The translations under genes and the position numbers were made by a program. A model generated the notes under the pieces. It was not told the DNA's origin and made no database searches. It worked only from the letters and a program-made list of their open reading frames with translations. A DNA stretch of 64,000 nt from Malacoraja senta (taxonomy: Eukaryota), in NCBI GenBank assembly GCA_038087875.1, contig CM075981.1, positions 69,750,001 through 69,814,000 on the forward strand, written 5' to 3'. Positions 36,854 through 49,336 of the stretch are shown here, in pieces; the stretch's first letter is position 1; each line of letters opens with the position of its first letter.

Positions 36854-36892
36854 CTGAAGAACACAGATTGTGATTAAAGGAACAACTGCACT

Positions 36893-37150
36893 CATACAGT
36901 CAGTGCTGGGACACAGTGCTGTTATTCACACAGTCAGAGCTGGGATTACAGTCCCTGTCATACACAATGTTGGGACATAGTGCTGTTGTACACACAGTCA
37001 GTGCATCGGATTAGTCTTGTCATACACACAGAGTGCTGGGATTACAGTCCCGTCACACAGTCAGTGCTGGGATAGACAGCGCTGTTGAACACACAGCTGT
37101 TCTGACAAACTCGGTGCTGTTGTACACATGATCACTGCTGGGACATGCAC
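36893..37150 (+). repeat. ~34-bp degenerate minisatellite next to the CUB exon acceptor
   Basis: cacagtcagtgctggga(t/c)acagt... repeated about 7 times. Confidence 0.8.
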
Positions 37151-38099
37151 TCTATTGTCCACACATACCTTGGGGATGCAAGCAAAGAATTTCACTGTGA
37201 CTTGTCACATGTGACAATAAAATATTCAATTCAACCCACTCACTGTGTTGTACCTATATTTAAGAATGGCTGGAAGGACAAATGAGGGAAAAATAGGGCA
37301 GTGCGCCTGAGGTGGCTGAGTGACTGGAGGGGATTCTATGGGACACAATTTACCCAACATTGGTAAGATTCCAAATAATGATGAGATGGAATATAGGAAG
37401 GAGATAGAGAGTTTAGTGACATTGTGCCAAGACAACAAACTCTCCCTCAATGTCAGCAAAATAAAGCTCATCATCGACTTGTTTAATCAGGGTGAGTTCA
37501 CACCCCAGTCTGTATCAGTGGTGCTGAAGTGGAAATGGTCTAGAGCTTCAAGTTCCTAGGTGTAAAATTCACCAACAATTTGACATGTCCAACCAAATGA
37601 ATTCTATGGCCAAGAAACCACACCGATGTCTTTCTTGCCTCAGAAGACAAAGGAAATTTGATGTATGCAATGACCTTTACCAATTTCTAGAAATGCAGCA
37701 TAGAAAGCATCCTATTTGAATGCATTACAGCAGTTTGGTAACTGTGTAGGAAGGAACTGCAGATGCTGGTTTAAACCGATGATGGACACAAAAAGCTGGA
37801 GTAACTCAACGGGTCAGGCAGCATCTCCGGAGAAAAGGAATAGGCGACGTTTCAGGTTGAGACCTTTCAACAGTCTGAAGGGTCTCTGGCATTGTAAGGC
37901 AGCAACTCTACCGCTGCGCCACCGTTTCACAGAGATGCCGCCTGACCTGCTGAGTTACTCCAGCTTTTTGTGTCTATCTTAGGTCGAAGACAGCAAGCAA
38001 TTGGTGAGAGTTGTGGGTGCAATCCAGTAAATCGCACAAAGCATCCTCTCTCCCCATTGACTCCATCTACATTTCACGCTGCCTTAGGAAGGTCAAGTC

Positions 38100-39830
38100 A
38101 TAAGGTCATAAGTAATAGGAGCAGAATTAGGCCATTCGGCCCATCAAGTCTACACCATTCAATCATGGCTGATCTATCTCTCCCTCCTAACCCCATTCTC
38201 CAGCCTTAAAAACATAGAAACATAGAAAATAGGTGCAGGAGGAGGCCATTTGGCCCTTCGAGCCAGCACCGGCATTCATTGTCATCATGGCTGATCATCC
38301 ACAATCAGTAACCCGTGCCTGCCTTCTCCCCATATCCCTTGATTCCGTTAGCCGCTAGAGCTCTATCTAACTCTCTTTTAAATTCATCCAGTGAATTGGC
38401 CTCTATTGCTTTATGTGGGAGAGATTTCCACAAATTCGCAACTCTCTGGGTGAAAAAGTTTTTTCTCATCTCAGTTTTAAATGGCCTCTCCTTTATTCTT
38501 AGACTTTGGCCCCTGGTTCTGGACGCCCCCAACATTTGGAATATTTTTCCTGCATCTAGCTTGTCCAGTCCTTTTATAATTTTATATGTTTCTATAAGAT
38601 CCCCTCATCCTTCTAAATTCCAGTGAATATAAGCCCAGTCTTTTCAATCTTTCCTCATATGACAGTCCTGCCACCCTGGGGATTAACCTCGTGAACCTAC
38701 GCTGCACTGCCTCAATAGCATGAATGTCCTTCCTCAAATTAGGAGACCAAAACTGCACACAATACTCCAGATGTGGTCTCACCAGCGCCCTGTACAACTG
38801 CAGAAGGATCTCTTTACTCCTATACTCTAATCCTCTTGTTATGAAGGCCTACATGCCATTAGCTTTCTTCACTGCCTGCCATACCTGCATGTTTACATTC
38901 AGTGACTGGTGTACAAGGACACCCAGGTCTCGTTGCACTTCCCTTTTTCCTTATCTGACAGCATTGAAATAATAATCTGCCTTCTTGTTCTTGCCGCCAA
39001 AGTGGATAACCTCACATGTATCTACATTATACTGCATCTGCCATGTATCTACCCACTCACTCAACCTGTCCAAGTCACCCTGCAACCTCCTAGCATCCTC
39101 TTCACAGTTCACACTGCCACCCAGCTTTGTGTCATCTGCAAATTTGCTAGTGTTACTTTTAATTCCATCTAAATCATTAATATATATTGTAAATAGTTGT
39201 GGCCCCAGCACCTTGCAGCTCTCCACTCGCCACTGCCTGCCATTCTGACAGGGACCTGTTTATTCCTACTCTTTGTTTCCTGTCTGCCAACCAATTTTCT
39301 ATCCATGTCAATACCCTACCCCCAATACCATGTGCTCTAATTTTGCCCACTATTCTCCTGAAAGTCCAGATGCACTACATCCACTGGCTCTCCTTCATCC
39401 ATTTTACTTGTCACATCCTCAAAAAATTCCAGATTAGTCAAGCAGGATTTCCCCTTCATAAATCCATGCTGACTTGGACCAATCCTTTTACTGCTATCCA
39501 AATGTGCCGTTATTACTTCTTTGATAATTGACTCCAGCATCTCCCCCACAACCGATGTCAGGCTAACTGGTCTATAAGAATTCCACAGATTCACCACCGT
39601 CTGGCTAAATAAATTCTTCCTCGTCTCTTTCCTAAACGAACGTCCTTTAATTCTGAGGCTATGACCTCTAGTCCCAGACTCTCCCACTATTGGAAACATC
39701 CTCTCCACATCCACTCTATCCAAGCCTTCAACTATTCGGTAAGTTTCAATGAGTGACCCCCTCATCCTTCTAAACTCCAGCGAGTACAGGCCCAGTGCCA
39801 TCAACGCTCATCATATAACCTACTAATTCC
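38100..39830 (-). mobile_element. Composite/nested CR1 LINE fragments (RT and C-terminus)
   Basis: YRPVSLTSVVG, QHGFMKGKSCLTNL, VLGPQLF.IYINDL, KFADDTKLGG, LVRPHLEYCVQFWSP. Confidence 0.92.
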
Positions 39831-40189
39831 TGGGAAAGCAGCCAACATAATCAATGACAACTCACACCTCAGTCATTCTCTTCTTCCCTCTTCCTTGGAC
39901 AGAAGATACAAAACCCTGATAATATGTACCACCAAATGCAAGAATAGTTTCTTCACCACTGAATTTAGATTCTTGAATGGACTTCTTTTTTTGCTAAAGA
40001 TTGGATCCTGATCTCAATCTACCTCATTGTGGACTTTACACCTTTTTTAAACCTGCACTTTCTCTGTAATTGTACAATCGGTTTATTTTCTCTTTTTTAA
40101 CTACCTGGTGTACTCGTGTATGCTATGACTTGCCTGAATAGTACGCAAAATAAAGTTTTTTCAATGTATCTCGGTACACGTGAATGCTG

Positions 40190-40830
40190 CTGCGCACACG
40201 ATACTGAGTACTGAGACACTAGCTGCTATTGTACATACGCAGCTGTGCGCTCTGGTTACTTCCGCGAAAAAGACGTATTTGTAACAGTTATCAGAGCGCC
40301 ACAGGCTCGTTCAAAAAAGTACGTTGCATTTTGAAAAATGTGCGACAGTATTTGAGTTAAACGCGAGAGAATTGCAGTTAAACGCCATCTCCTGGAGCCA
40401 TTTCGCCCCTCTATCCCGGACTGCAAACTCAGGTTACCTGCGTTGGCGAGAAGCAGAAGCCAGCTTGCTCTGGCCCACATGGTCCATCCGAGAGGAGGCC
40501 GAGGAGCCCAGCGGGAAGAGAGCGGCTGCCGACCCGGGAGCTGCATTGATCGGAGCGAAAGGCAAGGAGCCCGGAGGGTGGCTCGTTGATCCTGATATCC
40601 CAGCGCTTGTGGTTGGCCGGCAGCCGGAGAGGATATCCGACCCAAACCCTGTCAGGGAAATGGGAGCATGTCTGGGAGAACTAGGAGGGAGAAGTGGGAG
40701 AGACAGAGAGACCCGAGGAGAGGAGGGGGGAGAATGAATGGGGAAACTGGGGAGGGAGGCTGATACAGCAAACTGGGCGAGTGCAGGGTACGGGATGTTA
40801 ACAGGTGGCCGCGGCTTGTGCAGGAAGGAA
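40190..40830. promoter_or_regulatory. CpG/GC-rich promoter region of the mucin-like gene
   Basis: Local rise in CpG density around exon 1 compared with the CpG-poor flanks. Confidence 0.55.
40438..40480 (-). CDS. Mucin-like gene exon 1: signal peptide start (MWARASWLLLLANA)
   Basis: ACCATG Kozak context in a CpG-rich region, CAG|gtaacc donor in phase 1; spliced to exon 2 it gives MWARASWLLLLANAGFLLGPSQEEC, a plausible signal peptide. Confidence 0.78.
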
Positions 40831-42067
40831 CAGCAGATGCTGGTTTACACCAAGTGCTGGAGTAACTCTGGAGAAAAGGTATAGGTGACGTTTTGGGTCG
40901 GAACCATTTTTCAGACTCTGCTGTGCATGTGCTGGCTTTTTGTAATCCTATTTCCACTCGAGGTAGATAACCACATATAAAACATGCATTGGAAAACATG
41001 GGTTTACAAATAATCTCGTGTTGCGTACAGTAACAGGCGAGGTAAATTGAGGATTTTAAAGTGCGGTATATTTGAAAGCATAATGTATAAACCTCGGAGT
41101 AACTCGGTGAGCCAGGCAGCATCTGCGGAGGAAAATAGACAAAATGTGACGAGTCGGGACCCATCTTCATTTCTCTCCACAGATGCAGCCTGAGCCGCTG
41201 AGTTCCTCAGTTTGCATTTTGCTCACGATTCCTGCATCTGCAGCCTCGTCTGTTTCCATGTGAAGGCACAAACCCGTCTCACCCTGCCACCTAGTGGGGA
41301 AAATGTATACTGGAGAATACTCCTCACCTCGCTTCCCGGCACCAATGGACCAGAATCTCAATGACTTGGGTCGTCAATTGCTTCTCAGAGAGTTCTGCTT
41401 GAAGACGATCATGAACTCCTCTAACGCAACCCAGACGACATATATTACCAATAAATAATAATTCCAAGAGAGAATTCAGTACAAACTTAATTTAGATGTT
41501 ACAATGCAAAGTTCATTTTCGCAGTGACAATTCAGGCAGAACTTGAGACAATGAGAAATGTGTAGGGGAAATTAGGAGGGCAGCTTTAGGCCACTTCCCT
41601 TTTATTTCGTAATGCAAGAGAGCACATTAGACCCACATATAACACTAGTTAGGCCACAGATAAAATTCTGCATACAGTTCTGGTTCCAGCACATCAGTTA
41701 TCATTGGAGAAGTTTGAAGGGATTTACCCTGATTTTGCCAGTCGTTGGGAGGAAACATTGAGATCGATTGGATGGGAGAAAGGTTTGTTTCACATAGTAG
41801 CGGGGCTTGAAAATGTGAGACAACCCTGATCTCATAGACTTTGTGTATTTTTAATGTTTGAGGCTAGAGTGACTGCTGGAACAGGAGATTTATCCCAATA
41901 ACAGCACATGTACAAATGAGCCAAATACCTCATGCCATAAATGTTTATGATTATCTAATTAGTTTCTCTTCTCATCAGCTGGCTAGCGACCAGTGGGAAG
42001 TGAAGAATGCAAAGAATATTATTTGAAGCTGTCTTTTCAGCAATTGAATATCTGATTTAATAAGTTA

Positions 42068-42442
42068 CAGTGCCTTCCATAATGTTTGAGACAAAGACCC
42101 ATCCTTTATTTATTTCCCTCTGTGCTCCACAATTTGAGATTTGTAATAGAAAATATCACAGTTAAAGTGCACATTGACAGATTTTAATAAAGGCCATTTT
42201 TATACATTTTGGTTTCGCCATGTGGAAATTACAGCAGCATTTATACATAGGGGGACAATGTATAAACACAGCTGTAATTTCTACATGGCGAATCCAAAAT
42301 GTATAAAAATACCCTTTAATAAAATCTGATAATGTGCACTTTAACCACGTGTGATTTTTTCTATTACAAATTTCAAACTGTGGCGTACAGAGGCAAATAA
42401 ATAAATCATGGGTCTTTGTCCCAAATATTATGGAGGGCACTG
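42068..42442. mobile_element. Non-autonomous Tc1 derivative (MITE-like; two TIRs, no transposase)
   Basis: TA|CAGTGCCTTCCATAATGTTTG ... TATTATGGAGGGCACTG|TA; same TIR as the element at 47697. Confidence 0.92.
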
Positions 42443-42999
42443 TAGCACGGAAACAAAAGCTTTTCACTGTATATCGCATGTGTTACAATAATAAATCAAC
42501 ACCAATTTAACTTTGTTACTCTACGTAGCTTTGCCCAATAGTGGACTTGCACTCCCCAGGAATATAGACTGAAGGCAACTTAATTAAAGTTAAAGTATAG
42601 TGATACCAGTCCTGAACTGTATACTAAAATGAATTTCACTGTATCTCAGTACATGTGACAAATAAAGATCCATTGAACCATTAAAAGTTTAGATATTGAA
42701 TAGAACAGAGGAACTAAGCAGAGGGATGGTTATTCCTGCTGAGAGAGCAAGAGCCAGCACATTCAGGAGATAAAATGGGAAACACACCGAGAGTGGTATA
42801 AATTTGGCACAGTTTTACACGAGAGGAGCCCAAGGTATAGTAAATATAGGATGGGATACAGATTAAAACCTTCAACGAATGGCAGAATTTAAGGTAGTTA
42901 ATTCCTTCCCTCCTCCCATTTCTAATAAATAATAACCACTGTTGCTCACTGATCTAGGATTCAGTGTGTCAGATTGATCAGATTAATAAACAGCAATAC

Positions 43000-43152
43000 A
43001 TGCCCAAGTCTTCAATAGTAATTTATTATTTTCTGAAATCAAATAAAGGTTGAAGAATGTGAAATATCACTATCTCAACAAACAACAAAAGCCGCAGTAG
43101 CACGTTGTACTTCAAGCACTTGGGTGTGTCACATACTTCCGACAGCAAGTAC
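43000..43152 (-). other. NDUFAB1: NDUFAB1 non-coding last exon (3'UTR) with AATAAA at 43027-43022
   Basis: gttttgcttttgcag| acceptor pairs with the CAGG|gtaaga donor at 44113, 34 nt after the stop. Confidence 0.65.
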
Positions 43153-44146
43153 CTGCAAAAGCAAAACACTGGATTCAGAATCTTTATGTTATTGTTTGTA
43201 ATTTTTCCAAAGGTGTCACTGATCAGTTTACAGAGAGTATTGATTCACACAGGCCTGTTCCCTCGTCTGTGTTGAGTTAGCTGATCATGGATGGGGAGGG
43301 GCTATTAGTGTACTATAGCTGACCTACACACTGCACAAGTATTGGTGTCTAACTCAATGCAATAGACTCCAGAAGAGATATTTTACTTGATCCTCTTTTA
43401 AAACAAAATCATTCATGGCCATCATCAGTACTTGTATTTATCACACTTTAGAAAGTGGTGGCTTGTAGTAACAATCTTTGATACATTTCTGATGGCAATT
43501 AACATTCATCCACTTTGCAGAGATGTACCAGTCAGATTTTTCAAAGATGGCAATTTCCTTCTCCAAGGAAAATCAGTGAATCATGCTTTCATAATAGCTC
43601 TGATGTTTTGTGCTTTCTATTTCAGATACTATTTATTCCAGATTTACGTATTGAACTGAATTTACATTCCTTAACTACTCCATTTGGATTTGAACGTGTT
43701 TCCAGATTATTAACTCACAATGCTATTGTTCCACTGGCTTCTTAGTACATTGTCATATCACAGCCATGACTTCATTGCTGAGTCATATTGAACAATTCCT
43801 ACAATGGACTTTTTCTACTATTGGGAGCTGTCACATCCCAACCTCCTCTCAATCTGAAGACTGGCTCCAAACATAGCAATTCTTCTGACCAAACCCCTCA
43901 CCAGTCCCACCCATCCCACAGCAACAACAAATAGATATTCTTCAGTAATAAAACTCTACAAATGTCATTGCATTATTTCTGACTCCAAGGGATCTGAGAG
44001 AGAACAAATTAATATTTCCCTTCACCTTCACAGCTCATGTGACTGAAGACAGATTAATGTGCCTTTGTGCACATTGCCCCTCCCCTTTATTTAGACAAAT
44101 GAAAGCTCTTACCCTGCAATGATTCTCCAGGAACAAAGAAAAACAT

Positions 44147-44260
<114 letters not shown>

Positions 44261-45133
44261 TCAGTGGCCCTGGAGACTGGTTTTATCAGTGTTATTTTTC
44301 ACCAACTTGTACCAACACTGTATAGCGTACGCTCTGCCAGATATCCATCAAGTACCCTGGAGTCAACAGCTGGCCGTGCCAATCTAAGTGGTAATACATG
44401 TGGTAACTCCTGTAGTTGTGAGCTGCTGCCAAAAGAACATTGGGGAACCGCTGCACCTGCACAGATACTGTACGCTGCACCCACTTTGCATGGTGGAGGG
44501 AGTGAACATTCAAGTAGTAGATCGACTGCTATCAAGCAGACTCCTTTGCACAAGTTTCTCGGCTGCAGCCAACCAGATTCATGGATGGTGACCCATTCCA
44601 CTCCTAATATGCCCCTTGAAAATGGTGGAAAGTCTTTGGGGGAGTCAAGAGGTGAGCTACAAGCCCTCAGAATACCAAATGACCAAATATAATCTTTAAT
44701 TGCCATTGTAAGCATTGATGTGGCTTGTCACATGGTTTATGTTTTGTGCTGCTGGAGAAGGTAAGTGAGGGAGATTCAGTCTTAGCAATGATATTAAATG
44801 AATGTTAGGGAGAGGCAGTCATTGCTGGGAGGTATAGCACAATGTTATATGCTACTCAGTCGCTCCTAGGTCTTGCTGCAAGAGGACACTAACTACTCGG
44901 TCATTTATGGGACAGAGCTCTGGTAAGCAGAAAGCCCTGGTCACCAAAAGCGTGTGCATGAGGGTTAGAAACAATGACTAGGTCTAGTATCACACATGAC
45001 AACCAGCCATTTGAACATGGTATTGGAAGGCTCCTCATTAGAGTTCATGCACCATAATGTGAATCACCTTATTCAGGGAAAGGGAACAGAATTTATAGAA
45101 CACAAAAACAGCAATGATTGAAGCTTACAATCA

Positions 45134-45319
<186 letters not shown>

Positions 45320-46791
45320 TCACTGGAGAGATCTAGTCTAATTGACCAAAGATCACTCCAAGAATCATCAAACAAAAAATGTCCCCCATATTTCACCATC
45401 CTGTTGAGTCTGTGCCAGCTCTCAGAGCAATTATTTCCTTCTAAAATATTCCCTCCCATATTCCCTGCCCACCAATCTGCCCATCACCTACACTTGGACC
45501 CAATTAATCCATCAACCAGCATATGTTTGTGATGTGGCAGGAAGCCAGAGTATGCAGGGGAAACTCCCAGGGAGAACAATCAAGCTCCACGCTGATAGCA
45601 CCAGAGGTTAGGAATGAACCCAAGTCAGTTAGCTGAGAGACAGTAGAACTACCCACTAGACAACTTTGCTCTTTCCTCCTAATATAATTTGTCTCACTCA
45701 TGGTTAGCTTCTGGGCAGAGGGCTAGGACTCATTCACTCTCACTGGCACACATTGATCACAGAGTGTAAGTCACAAACCAATTTTTCTTTTTAAAGCAAG
45801 GAGCACAGTAAAGTTAAATGATGGGAGGGTGGAGATTCAATCATAACCTTTCTTTAATGTTTCTAAGTAAGAGTGGGGTGAGGATGCAGAGAAAAAGAAT
45901 TATCTGAAGAGGGCGTCAAACAAAGAATTTGGGAAGCCGAGTTGTTTCTGTACGTATTCTGCCTGCAGAGCATGTAGCTACTATTATCTGCAGTCCCATT
46001 GTTCCAACATGCTACAGAACAGAAAATGACAGAAACTTTCCCCCAGAAATGGAATGGAGGGAGATTTTCCAAAACTCGTTTACATTTGAGCTTCCTGTGA
46101 GAATTGGGATGGGAACATCCACTGTGTAATCAGTCAACTAATAAGGAATATTTGAAACCAATTCCTTCTCCAGCAAGACTTCTGCGTCAAGTATCTGACT
46201 GGTACATTGTTTGTGTACATTCCCAATTCTAATGCAACTTCTCTTCCATAGCTCAGAGGTGTTGGTGTTTGTTGCAACTCTGGTTTATCTCAAAAAGTCT
46301 TGAACTCTACAGCATCCATTAAACTTCTCCTAGGACTGGAAATACATATTTCACCCTATCTTATTCTTCTTTGAAGGATATGAACCATCTGCATTATTAT
46401 CACTGCTACGACAACTTATTTACTCCAGAATTAATGAGTTGAATCCAAGTTTCATGGTTGGCAATGTGACCCAATGTCTCCAGATTATTCTTGGCTTCCA
46501 AATATTAACAGCGCAATGTTACCTCCACTCCTCTTAACCACCCGAAGGCCATGACAGCAAAGTTTTAGGGTCTTGACCCGAAACGTCACCCATTCCTTCT
46601 CTCAAGAGATGCTGCCTGTCCCGCTGAGTTACTCCAACTTTTTGTGTCTAACTAAGGTTTTATATATGTCTATCTCTAAATTTTAAATTCTAATAAAACT
46701 AGTTGGTTTAAAAAATAACATTTACATCGAATCCACTGAAGTTTTTCAATCTATAACTGCATCTTTCCCAGTGCTTATATACTTCCCATTT

Positions 46792-47050
46792 GGGCAGCAC
46801 AGTGGCACAGCTGGTAGATCTGCTTCCTCATAGACCCAGGTTCAATCCTGACTGGGTACCGCCCGTGTGGAGTTTGCATTTTCCCTGAGACCACGTGGGT
46901 TTCCTTTGGGTGCTCTGGTTTCCTCCCACGTCCCAAAGACGTGCGGGTTTGTAAGTTAGTAGGCCTCTGTAATTTGCCACTAGTGTGTAGGGAGTGGATG
47001 AGAAAGTGGGATAACAAAGAACTAGTGTCAACGGGTGATTGATGGCTCGT
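46792..47050 (+). mobile_element. V-SINE (HE1-like) in NDUFAB1 intron 2
   Basis: ggcagcacagtggcacagctggtaga...ggttcaatcc...gtgggtttcc..gggtgctctggtttcctcccac. Confidence 0.78.
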
Positions 47051-47452
47051 AAAGTTAAATGATGGGAGGGTGGAGATTCCTGATTCCATGATTTACCCTC
47101 CAAACTCAAAACAATGCCAGCCCCTGGCTCACCATTAAAAAAGCATAAAATGATCTTTTGCAGAAGCATTTCATGACATTACGTGACCAAAGCAAAAACA
47201 GCTGGTGCTGAAAATGTATAAATGCATAATGTCAGAAATGTTCAATGGATCAAGCAGCATCTATGGAGAGTTAATGATCAAGGTGATATGACCTTTTGTA
47301 GCCATTAGTGAGCTAACTGAGGTACATGCTGTTACTCCCCCCCCCCCCCCTGCTGTGGTGTATTATTTATCAGGGTTTGTCAAGTTTAGAAGTTAAATTT
47401 ATTCCTGTTAACCTTTGTATTTTAAAACAAAAATATTTGCCATCATAATCTA

Positions 47453-47671
<219 letters not shown>

Positions 47672-47696
47672 CTAATCTAAGGAATATATACATATA

Positions 47697-49336
47697 CAGT
47701 GCCCTCCATAATGTTAGGGACAAAGACCCATCATTTATTGATTTGCCTCTGTACTCCACAATTTGAGATTTGTAACAGAAAAAAATCACATGTGGTTAAA
47801 GTGCACATTGTCTGATTTCAATAAAGGCCATTTTTATACATCTTGGTTTCACCATGTAGAAATTACAGTTGTGTTTATACATAGTCCGCCCCATTTCAGG
47901 GCACCATAATGTTTGGGACACATGGTTCTCGTGTTTGTAATTGCTCTGCTGTGTTTAATTGCCTCCTCAATGCAGGTACAAGAGAGCTCTCAGCACCTAG
48001 TCTTTCCTCCAGTCTGTATATCAACACGAGGACCAAAGTTGTGCCAATGAAAGTCAAAGAAGCCATTATGAGACTGAGAAACAAGAATAAAACTGTTAGA
48101 GACATCAGCCAAACCTTCGGCTTACCAAAATCAACTGTTTGGAACATAATTAAGAAGAAAGAGAGCACTGGTGAGTTTACTAATCGCAAAGGGACTGGCA
48201 GGCCAAGGAAGACCTCCACAGCTGATGACAGAAGAATTCCCTCTATAATAAAGTAAAATCCCCATGCACCTGTCCGACAGATCAGAAACACTCTTCAGGA
48301 GTCGGGTGTGGATTTGTCAATGACCACTGTCCGCAGAAGATTTCCTGAACAGAAATACAGAGGCTACACTGCACGATGCAAACCACTGGTTAGCTGCAAA
48401 AATAGGATGGCCAGGTTACAGTTTGCAAAGAAGTACTTAAAAGAGCAACCACAGTTCCAAAAAAAGGTCTTGTGGACAGATGAGACGAAGATTAACTTAT
48501 ATCAGAATGATGGCAAGAACAAAGTATGGAGGAGAGAAGGAAATGCCCAAGATCCAAAGCAAACCACCTCATCTGTGAAACACGGTGGTGGGGGTGTTAT
48601 GGCCTGGGCATGTATGGCTGCTGAAGGTACTGGCTCACTTTTCTTCATTGATGATACAATTGCAGATGGTAGTAACATAATGAATTCTGAAGTGTATAGA
48701 CATATCCTATCTGCTCAAGTTCAAACAAATGCTTCAAAACTCATTGGCCGGCGGTTCATTCTACAGCAAGACAATGATCCCAAACATACTGCGAAAGCAA
48801 CAAAGGAGTTTTTCAAAGCTAAAAAACGATCAATTCTTGAGTGGCCAAGTCAATCACCCGATCTGAACCCAATTGAGCATGACTTTTATATTCTGAAGAG
48901 AAAACTGAAGGGGACTCGTCCCCAAAACAAGCATAAGCTAAAGATGGCTGCAATACAGGCCTGGCAGAGCATCACCAGAGAAGACACCCAGCAACTGGTG
49001 ATGTCCATGAATCACAGACTTCAAGCAGTCATTGCATGCAAAGGATATGCAACTAAATACTAAACATGACTACTTTCATTTACATGATATTGCTGTGTCC
49101 CAAACATTATTGTGCCCTGAAATGGCGGGGGGAGGGGGGGCACGGATGACTATGTATAAACACAGCTGTACTTTCTACATGGTGAAACCAAAATGTATAA
49201 AAATGGCCTTTATTAAAATCTGACCATGTGCACTTTTACCATATGTGATTGTTTCGTTTACAAATCTCAAATTGTGGAATACAGAGGCAAATAAGTAAAT
49301 GATGGGTCTTTGTCCCAAACATTATGGAGGGCACTG
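47697..49336 (+). mobile_element. Full-length Tc1/mariner DNA transposon with ~200-bp TIRs in NDUFAB1 intron 1 (antisense)
   Basis: TA|CAGTGCCCTCCATAATG...CATTATGGAGGGCACTG (right TSD reads CA). Confidence 0.96.
48026..49063 (+). pseudogene. Tc1 DD34E transposase, inactivated (ATG>ACG at 48026; in-frame TAA at 48254-48256)
   Basis: HTH and GRPRK linker, WTDETK, QQDNDPKH, SPDLNPIE; the two ORF pieces are in the same frame. Confidence 0.93.

Noticed and set aside
6410-40480. Naming the mucin gene IMPG2, MUC17, MUC13 or HEG1
   Set aside because: It shares only the membrane-proximal module type; the N-terminal CUB, the tail sequence and the synteny match none of these as I know them
44264-44715. 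Opposing ~140-aa ORFs in NDUFAB1 intron 3
   Set aside because: No credible start or splice context; looks like a decayed LINE fragment
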